From Eledone cirrhosa (taxonomy: Eukaryota): a DNA stretch of 64,000 nt. The notes under the pieces are model-generated. The model was given only the letters and a program-made list of their open reading frames with translations. It was not told the origin of the DNA and did not search any database. A program made the translations under genes and the position numbers. This document shows positions 54,590 through 64,000 of this stretch, piece by piece. Position 1 is the stretch's first letter, and every line of letters begins with the position of its first letter. Location of the stretch: positions 319,300,001 through 319,364,000 of the forward strand of contig OZ024743.1 of NCBI GenBank assembly GCA_964016885.1, in the 5' to 3' direction.

Positions 54590-57500
54590 AGGGCAGGGGC
54601 CCCAGGCTATCACAGCCTGGGCCCGCTCGTCATCTTGCAACTGTAATAGAGCCAAACATGGCATTTAGTCTTGGCTGCTGGAACGTACGGATGCTGCTTG
54701 ACAGGGATTCCTTGGAACGCCTAGAACGAAGGACCGCTCTTGTTGCAAAGGAGCTTCGACGTTACGATCTTGACATCGTGGCTTTATCTGAGACGAGGTT
54801 AGCTGGAGATGGTCATCTTACAGAATTTTGGGGAGAATATACATTCTTCTGGAAAGGAAGAGATGAAGGAACCAGAAGAGAGGCTAGGGTAGCATTTGCT
54901 GTTGACTGTTCTTGTGAATAAATTAGAAGAATTTTCAGTAGGGATTAGTGAGCATCTTATGTCCATGAGAATTCCGCTGGACAAAGGAAGATATGCGATC
55001 TTCGTAAGTGAGTATGCTCCAACTATGAATTCTGTCGACGAAGAAAAAGTCTCCTTTTACCATGCCTTGAAAGGTGTTTTAAGGAATATCCCTCAGGCAG
55101 ACAAAGTCATCGTGCTTGGTGACTTTACTGCTAGAGTGGGTAGGGATTTTAACACATGGAATGTAATCGGAAGGCATGGGGTGGGAAAGTGTAACAACAA
55201 TGGTATGCTCCTGCTGCAGATGTGTGAGCAGCTGGATTTGTGCGTTACCAACATCATGTTCCAACAAAAGAACAAATTTAAGACTACATGGATGCATCCT
55301 GCATCTAAGGAACGGCTTCTTTTGAACTACGTCCTAGTCAGGATGCGTGACAGACGGGATGTGCAGTGTGTTCGTGCTCTTCGTGGTGCTAAGTGCTGGA
55401 CGGACCACCGCCTGTTACGCGCAAAAGTGAAACTAATCACTAAACGTAAAATCCGGGCTCTGGTGTTGCTCTGCCCAGAAGATTGAATGCTGCTCGTCTT
55501 AGGGATAAAAATGTGAAGAGGACATTGCGAGAAGAGATGCAGTTTGGTGAGGATTGGCCGACCCTTGGTGAGGATTGGCCGACCCTTAAAAAGTCGGTTT
55601 ATGGTGTAGGCAGGCGTGTTCTGGGATTGGTGCAGAGAAAACATCAAGACTGGTTTAATGAGAATGATGAACATATAGAATACTTGTTGGCTGATAAGAG
55701 GCGTGCTCTGTCACGCTACTTGACGGTAAAACCACAAGAGAAGAGTATGTTGCATCAGGAACTCAAGGATGTGAAATCACGTGTTAAGCGGAGTCTTTCT
55801 CAGATGAAGGATCAGTGGTGGAGTGAGAAGGCTGATGAGATACAAACTGCGTCAGATTCCAATAACACAATACTGTTGTAGTCTCTTGCGTGGACCGTCT
55901 TCTTCTCTGGTGACACCGCTTCGCAGCAAGGATGGCAAAGAACTTCTTCGTGACTCACAAGGAATTCTATGAAGCTGGCGAGAGCACTTTCATGACCTTT
56001 TGAATCAGCCGTCTGTCGTCAATGAAGATTTCCTCAATCTCATTCCAGAAAGTCCTGTGAAAATAGCTCTCGCAGAACCTCCGACGCTTGTGGAGGTTGC
56101 AGTGGCTATCTCGAAGCTGAACAGTGGAAGGTCTCTAGGTATGGATGGCATACATGCAGAGCTCCTACAATATGCTGGTGAGAGACTCCTGCAACATCTT
56201 CACTCTTTGTTTGGCAGGATATGGGCTAATGAATCCGTACCTGAGGACTGGAGAGATGCAGTAATGGTGATCTTGTACAAGGGAATGGGTAACAGTAACG
56301 ATTGTGGGAACTACAGAGGTATATCATTGCTTTCTGTCGTAGGGAAAGTTTTATGTAGGGTGCTTCTGGACCGTCTGCTGACACACATTGCAGATTGTGT
56401 TCTTCCTGAAAGTCAATCTGGTTTTCGGGCTGGACGCGGCACTACTGATATGATCTTCTCAGCTAGACAGCTCCAGGAGAAGTGCATGGAACAAGGTTTG
56501 GATCTGTATCAGGCTTTTGTCAATCTGACAAAAGCTTTCGATACTGTTAACAGAAATGCATTATGGAAGGTTCTCCAGAAACTTGGTTGCCCTGATAAGT
56601 TCCTTGCTTTAGTTAGGTCTTTCCATGACGCATGAAGGCTTGGGTTAATGTCGGAGGTAACATATCGGAGGTAACATGTCAGAGCCTATCTCAGTAAAAA
56701 TGGAGTGAAACAGGGGGATATTCCAGCACCGACCCTGTTTGCCATATACTTTGCAATGGTTTTTTATATTGCATTCAGTAATTGCGAGCATGGTGTTTAC
56801 ATCCGATATCGAACCACAGGCAACATTTTTAACACCAGGCGCTTTGCTGCAAAAAAATAAAAGTATTTACATCAATCATAAGAGACCTCTTGTGTGCAGA
56901 TGATTGCGATCTTGTAGCGCACACAGAGAGTGAGATGCAGCATATTTTGAATGCATTTTCTGATGCTTGCACTACCCTAGGATTGACTGTCAGTCTCAAG
57001 AAAACCGTCGTCATGTACCAACCTGCCCCTGGTAAGCAGTACAGTGAACCAAATATCTATGTGTATGGTAAACGCCTTGGAGTGGTTGATCAGTTTGTCT
57101 ACCTGGGAAGCACTGTCAATCGATACAGCAACCTTGATAATGAAATCCCACTTAGGATTAGGAAAGCAAGTGATGCTTTCGGAAAGCTAGAAAGGCGACT
57201 CTGCGGTCGGCGAGACATATGCAAGAAGACAAAGATACAGGTGTACAAGGCATGTGTGCTCTCTTCTCTTCTTTATGCCTGCGAGACCTGGGTCACATAT
57301 CGACACCACCTTAAGCAATTGGAGCGTTTCCATCAGATGTGTCTCAGACGGATCCATGGCGTTCATTGGAGGGACCACATCAATGATGTCGAGATTTTGG
57401 AAAGCTCTCTGTGTGACAGTATAGAAGCTCTTGTGCTTAAGCAACGACTCCGTTGGAGTGGTCACCTTGCCAGGATGAAGGATTCTAGAATACCAAAACA

Positions 57501-58080
57501 ACTCTTTTATGGAGAGTTAGTTAAAGGAAAACGACCTCCACATAAACCAAAAAAGAGGTATAATGATTCCTTGAAAGCCTCTTTGAAAGACGCTAACATC
57601 TCTGCTGATACATGGGAAAATGTTGCTGCTGATCGTAATAAATGGAGAAAGACTGTATATGAGGGGAAAGTTGCCTTTGAGGCATCTCGAATCGCATACG
57701 AGAAAGTAAAGCAGGATATGAGGAATGGCATTGCTGTTGCATTTCCAGACGGCGAAGGTCCTCCTATGGTGCTGACATACAGCGTCTGTGCGAGACTCTG
57801 CCTAAGCAAAGCTGAACTCGAAAGTCATCTTCGCAGTGATAAAGTAAGACCAGTGGTTGACTACCAGGCTGCTGTTGGAGATGCTACTCATCATGGTTGC
57901 CAAGCATGTGATAGAGAATGTAAATCAGCAGGAGGGCTCAAACGACATGCAAAAGTACATGAACTCCAACCACAGCCGGCTATTCGCAGTGAATGTTTTG
58001 GTTGCCAACTCTGTGCAAGACATTTTAGATGATTGGCTGGGCTAAAAAGCCTCATTCGATCGCAGCGCTGTTAATTGCTA

Positions 58081-58117
<37 letters not shown>

Positions 58118-58286
58118 GATATGTTTATGTGTGTGCGCGTGCGTGTATATATATGTATATTATTATTGTTGTTGTTGTTGTCGTTATTATTATTGTTGTT
58201 ATTATTATTATTATAGTTATTATTATGATTTTTTTCTCGTGCAATGGCCATACTCGATAACGAGGGGGCGGCCATCCATCATGTAT
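54590..58286 (+). mobile_element. Near full-length RTE (BovB-like) LINE, disrupted single ORF from ATG 54658 to ~58074
   Basis: WNVRMLLD, VALSETRL, LGDF, TDH; NYRGISLL, KAFDTV, CADD, YLGS, LYACETW, RLRWSGH; three C2H2-like motifs; 3' UTR interrupted by microsatellites. Confidence 0.92.
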
Positions 58287-58488
58287 ATTAACAACACAGC
58301 TTAACTCTTTCTTTTTAAACTCATTTCTACGGTAGCTCCTCCCCTTTGTTACGAAGTCGGAAGGACAATGTGACACGGGAGTGTGTGTGGTATCTTTGCA
58401 GAGGAGTGGTGTGTGTGTGGTGGTGGTGTTGGTGTGTGTGTGTGTGTGGGGGTATACCTAGCCCGATGCCAGCCGGACGAGCCAGCTA

Positions 58489-58525
<37 letters not shown>

Positions 58526-58895
58526 GAGATCATTAAAAATTTGTTTGAATCTTGCTTACTCCGCTTATCTCAATTTTATAGTTCTGGTATGTCAAATTAA
58601 TACTATAGAACAACCACTGTATCATAGACACCCTATATATTTCTAGGGGTACTTAGTACCGCTGGAGAGATTGATCTCCTTTTATATATTCTCCATTATG
58701 TAGAGAACAAATCCGTTGTTTTATTTAGCTGCTATTTTTAGTGGCGTGATAGACAACACGTCTATGTTTACTTCCGCTTCTACTAAGGGCTGGTTCCTGC
58801 ACATATGAAGTTTACGGCCTCATTCGATCCTGTGTTAGCTAGCAGGTGGCAATATATTTTGCCGTTCCTGGGACTTTTGTCCTAGGTAGGGAAAA

Positions 58896-58977
58896 TGCTT
58901 TCTGAAGATCTGAACATTTCCATTGGAAGTCCCTAGGATTTCCAATCCTTTGTGAAGTGAAACCGTCGGTAAAAGCA
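58896..58977 (+). ncRNA. Type I hammerhead ribozyme motif
   Basis: Stem I TGCTTT/AAAGCA, CTGAAGA, long stem II containing TTGGAAGTCC/GGATTTCCAA (base of stem imperfect), GAAA, CCGTCGG, GUA cleavage triplet. Confidence 0.7.
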
Positions 58978-59296
58978 AAAGGAATAGGTGAATATTTAAA
59001 TTATATCTTTTAATTTATTTTAAAAAATTGTTTGAATCTTGCTTGCTCCGCTTATTTCAATTATATATATATATATAAAATAAAATAAAATAAAATAAAT
59101 AAGTCAAATGTTTAAAATTTGGCTTCGTTTAATACTGTTATATATATTTGGGTTGTTATTTCAATGAGGAACTGGAATCATATGATTCCAGTTCCTCAGT
59201 GAAATAACAACCCAACCAGGAACTGGGCATATCAGAGTATTGACAAAGTTAAACACCTCAACAACATGTGTACTCGTCACTACCACACTAATTCGG

Positions 59297-59351
59297 ACTG
59301 CCTGAAGAGGTCACAGCCAAAGATGGCTGTCACCGAAATATATATAGCAGT
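59297..59351 (+). ncRNA. Minimal type I hammerhead ribozyme motif
   Basis: Stem I ACTGC/GCAGT, CTGAAGA, stem II GGTCACAGCC/GGCTGTCACC (1 mismatch), GAAA, palindromic TATATA, AUA triplet. Confidence 0.78.
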
Positions 59352-59494
59352 ATTAAACGAAGCCAAATTTTAAACATTTGACTTATTTATTTTATTTTAT
59401 TTTACATTACTCCAGAGTAACCAAACCAACCTGCGCACTTCGTCGAGTGCTCCAATCTGCATACTGAGGTGTTGGTATACAACCAACATATACT

Positions 59495-59529
<35 letters not shown>

Positions 59530-59614
59530 AGCTTTCACCGTATTTTTCGACTAAAGAAATTTTAGTCTGATAATGGGGTTTAGAACCCTCAGATAAATGG
59601 AAAATAATGAGTAT

Positions 59615-59686
59615 TGACGTACATGAGAGTCGAACCCACATCTTTGGTTATCCAGATCACTGTGCTACCATTTACACCAACACATC
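59615..59686 (-). pseudogene. tRNA-like cloverleaf, copy 1
   Basis: 72 nt, A box TGGTGTAAATGG, B box GGTTCGACTC; part of a 262-bp-period duplication. Confidence 0.55.
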
Positions 59687-59876
59687 ACCCATCTCCTTTC
59701 ATTCAAATTAGAATCTATATTCTTAGCGAGTATAAATGACAAGTAAGTATGTTTTGAAACAGTGAGCAGGTTTGAAATTAGAAAATAGAATAGCTTTCAC
59801 CGTATTTTTCGACTAAAGTAATTTTAGTCTGATAATGGGGTTTAGAACCCTCAGATAAATGGAAAAAGATGAGTAT

Positions 59877-59948
59877 TGACGTACATGGGAGTCGAACCCA
59901 CATCTTTGGTTATCCAGACCACTGTGCTACCATTTACACCAACACATC
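59877..59948 (-). pseudogene. tRNA-like cloverleaf, copy 2 (anticodon position GGA)
   Basis: Acceptor GATGTGT/GTACGTC, D stem GTGT/GCAC, anticodon arm TGGT-CTGGATA-ACCA, T arm GTGGG-TTCGACT-CCCAT. Confidence 0.6.
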
Positions 59949-60807
59949 ACCTATCTCCTTCTATTCTGAGGGTTCTAAACCCCATTATCAGACTAAAATT
60001 TCTTTAGTCAAAAAATACGGTGAAAGCTATTCTATTTTCTAATTTCAAACCTGCTCACTTTTAGGCTGTTAAGAAGTAATCCAGCCTAGATATACTCTAA
60101 GTGAAAATATATTCTATATATTCATATATTCGATATATATATATATATATATATATACGATATATTTATAGTTTCTATATATTCATATTTTTCTTTTAAA
60201 ATAGAGTCATTTATAAAGGTGCTGATGAGGAAATATTGAAGTAGGGAGCTAAAGGATTTCCTTCTTACTTTCGGACAAGGAAGGAAATCTGCTTTCGGTC
60301 ATGACTGGCCAAAGAGGTTTCACCCATGACTGACTGATATGTGTTTGCCTCTCTGTGGCACAAGTCTGGGCAAGGGGTTTGTGGAAGACCAGCAGTTACA
60401 CATGCATATTTGTTTTCCCTTTCTACGATACCGATGCTGTCGAACAGAAAGGCAAAAGTCGATACAGCTTGTATTGTCGTAACTCATTTATTCTAGCCGT
60501 GAAATAAAGTGTCTTGCTCAAGGACACAACGCACCGCTCGTTCTGAAAATCGATCTCACAACTCACTGAACCACGTGCCACTAACACCTGCAGAAATGTA
60601 CAAAATACCGATAATGACATTATATCTACATGCTGAAATTTGATTAGTTCATTCAGAAAGAAAGGACCTAAATAAATATCTTCAGGAGTTAGTATACTTT
60701 TAACTTATTGTTTTGTTCGTTTCATTTTATTATATTTTAATTCACTCTGTTTATAACGATATTTCAGCCTGTTTATTCCTTGATATTTATCTAGTTGGCA
60801 TTAGGTA

Positions 60808-61028
60808 TTGATTTCTAAATTAGGAACAATGACAGAAATGTTTGGAGAAGAGCTAAGTTGATTAAATCAACCCCAGTAGTTGACTGGCACTTTATTTTAT
60901 TGACCCCGGAAGTGTGAAAGGCAAAGTTGGCCTTGCCTTGACAGAATTGAACTCAAAATATAAAGAGCCAGACGAAATACCACAATGGCACTTTATCCGA
61001 CGCTCTACCAATTTTTGCCATTCCACCA
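60808..61028 (-). mobile_element. Family A SINE
   Basis: Reverse-complement core TTATTTTATTGACCCCGGAAGTGTGAAAGGCAAAG, head and tail. Confidence 0.7.
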
Positions 61029-63657
61029 GTCTGAAGGCCAAAAAATAATACAGAGTACTGATTGTGTATGAAATATTGTTACAGTTCAGAAGTAAGGTTA
61101 AAAATTATAATTGATAATATCGAATGCATCTGTACACATTGATTTTTAAAATATATGTAAATAAGTGTATGCCTTAATCTATTGAGATAAAGAAAGGGTG
61201 ATGCAGTTTACTTTTGTTGTAGGACCTCTCCTGAACACGTTTCTGAAAATGAATTCTTCGTAGAAACCTGTTAATTTTCTATTCAGGCCGTATAACCTTG
61301 TTTTGATCTCACAGTCGAAAATTCGCTTCCCTGTGAGCCTTCTTAGGACGAGCATAAGTCCTTGCGTGGCTCTTGGCTTATCACGGCACATTGCCAAAAG
61401 TTAAAGCCGTCGACAACCTAGCTTCAATCTTCTTCGTGTATATTTAATTATCTACTAATTATGCTTTGATGCTTCTTTGTGAAAAAGTATCTGGAGCTTC
61501 TTTGGAAAAGTAACGATAACACATGTCACTTTTTTTTAAACGTTAACGTTTTATCAGATTCACGTTTATGACCTTTGAATGTACCTAACTTCTATCTTAT
61601 ACACCCGTCTAAATCGTCAGACGCGAGAAATATGTACAAGGCATCTTATTTGCGTAAGTGTTAGTTAAATATGGTTAAACATTTTAGCATTAAAGAGAAA
61701 AAAATAGCAAATCACAAACGAATATATAATTGTTATTTATTATTTATTTATTTCGCCACTTTAATCGTAAAGCTTGTAAAGCTTGTAAGCCATGGCAGAA
61801 TGAGAAAGGTATCTAATACCCATAAGAAGAAATAAAGACAAAAGAGAAAAGAAATTGAAAGATAATGACTAGTTAAATGTTTCTGTTGTTAAATCGTTTT
61901 GTAGCCTCCATGAATTGGAAGTTGTTATTGAGTTAGTGTTAGAAGAATTTAAGAGAAATAAGAAACTCCCCAAAGATAACAATAGATTGGAGATTCTCTA
62001 GAGCTCTATCAAAGACAGACAGACATGATAAATTTGAAAAGCTAGTATTGAAAGGATCAAGCAAAGTTGTGCTACGTTTTCTGTCATTGCGTTGATAATT
62101 GAGAATCATCATCAAATGCTTAACTTCGTTTTTTTTTATATAGGAAAGAACAAGTAGTAGCATCAGAAGTAATCAGTGGATTCTGCTTTACAAAAGATTA
62201 TGACAGGAAGTAAAAAACCCGAGATAATTATAGAGATAGGAATTGATTAATTAATTATGCTGATTTATGGCTAATTAATTGATTTGTGGTTATCTTATCT
62301 TAAGAATTCGGCATGGTGCCACATGTTATTTTTCAGATAGAATACAAAAGGAATGTCGGTAAAAGGGATTAAATTAGAAGCCTACTATCCGATTAGTAAC
62401 CACTGGAATACAAAAAGTTCATGTTACTTAATGAAAAGAGAAAATTGTGATGAACAACTGGATCACGCATCGTCTAAACCGACGCAAGCTCATTCCATTC
62501 CATTATTTTCTAAATATTGCTTGTCTACTTGGGCTACGATTCCGAAAGGAAGGCTGGCAAAGTTGACCTTAGAGCGCTGAGAGCCGAAACTTATACCATG
62601 GTATTTAATCCGACGTTCTAACGATTTGCCAATTCACCGCAAATTGAATATTCTAATAAACATGTTAGCTAAAATGATTAAGAAATATAGTTTTCAGTCA
62701 GCAATAATCCACGCTTCTGACACACCTCAATGGTTGTGGTGTAAATATATTACATGACCATAAAAATCTATAAAACTATTAATAACAAATTAATGGAAAT
62801 GTCAGATAAGGTGATATATTTTTCCCATTTACATAAATAATAAACGTGACATATAAGACAAGCTGAGGAGCGTCGATGAAGTATATATATGTGAAATGAA
62901 GCATTTCATTACTGAAGCAGCATTTAATAATTTTAGTATGACTGTTTAATATACTATGTTACCACTATATTTGAATGTCAGAATTTTTTACTCTTTCATA
63001 CTGTCACCGTTATCATTCATTTGATTACAGCCATACTGGACCACCGCCTTGATTTAGTCGATCATAGCCTCCCACAGCACATATTTTCTCATCTTTAGTA
63101 ATTATTTTATTGATTTTATTTTGTTTCGTAATTTAGCCGTTCGACAAAACGATATCGATGACATAAGTAAAACATAGGTACTGATGTTTATACCATCGAC
63201 TAAACCAAGGCAATGTGCCAGCATGGCCGCAGTTTATGTCTGAAACCGGTAAAAGAGTAAAAGAAAAATAATATCATATAGTTGGAATCCTACTATTGAA
63301 TTATCGTTTCTAGCTGATTCACGCTGTTTTCAAGTATGGATGTCCAGCATTATTTTCATATCCGTTGTATATATAATGTTGATTTACGCAGCTTCTCGGT
63401 ATAGTTGTTCGGTGCATTTTTCACTGTATAACATCATACTTACATCTTTGAACAACTAGAAGCATCAAAATGTTAGCATTTTAATGCCCTCCATATGTCG
63501 TAAGAAATCTGTCTTCTTATTTATTTCTTCAGTGCTTACCATATCTCGGATACGATACGATGACAACGCAACCAAATTCCTCACGTTACACTATCCCTTC
63601 AACTTTGGAATTTTCTTAGTAAAGATTACTTTTTATTATAGGTCTATATAAAACAAC

Positions 63658-63720
<63 letters not shown>

Positions 63721-64000
63721 ATACTTGTGCATGTGTGTAGAAGCATGTAGTGATTTTATAATACATGTATGAATATTTGCATAATAAAAATATCACTTTT
63801 CTTTTTCTAAATTACCAAGACTATCTAATCTAGTTGCTGGTCTCGCTATTTAGAACAACCTACTTAAATATTACTGGGTGTGGAATGAGGCCAAACAAGT
63901 CGTAGATATATTATTTACGTCTTGTTATTGATGGTAGGGCTATCAACACTATTACCCTTCATACCAGCGACACTTTTACTCTTGATTTTAGAATGAATAT

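Noticed and set aside
60221-60270. CTGATGA followed by GGAAAT/ATTTCC stem
   Set aside because: No GAAA or stem I; not a hammerhead. CTGATGA sites at ~22354 (no stem I) and ~15079 (stem II missing) are also incomplete
61179-62163. Short minus-strand ORFs of 72-74 aa
   Set aside because: No recognisable motifs; consistent with chance or very old repeats

Overview
AT-rich, microsatellite-dense eukaryotic (animal) DNA with no recognisable host gene; the repeat content suggests a mollusc, probably an octopus (inference only). The window is almost all mobile DNA and simple repeats. (1) An ~18-kb train of four LINEs at 39.99-58.29 kb, separated by (ATT)n tracts: an R4/Dong element, two diverged full-length Tx1/L1-clade elements in head-to-tail tandem, and an RTE element with three C-terminal C2H2-type fingers. 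(2) Many tRNA-derived SINEs of two families; the main family's 3' tail resembles the Tx1 3' end. (3) A 3.1-kb 46-bp satellite amplified from inside an RTE coding region. (4) Non-autonomous Helitrons and a hAT MITE with an 8-bp TSD. (5) Several fold-back elements carrying type I hammerhead ribozyme motifs of the Penelope-associated kind, one cluster next to duplicated tRNA-like cloverleafs. Best leads: apparent (ATT)n-targeting Tx1 elements with a conserved GTAAGT donor at the ORF1 end that could splice ORF1 in frame to ORF2, a possible Tx1-SINE partnership, and the hammerhead/fold-back elements. All alignments and folds were done by eye; boundaries of old repeats are approximate.
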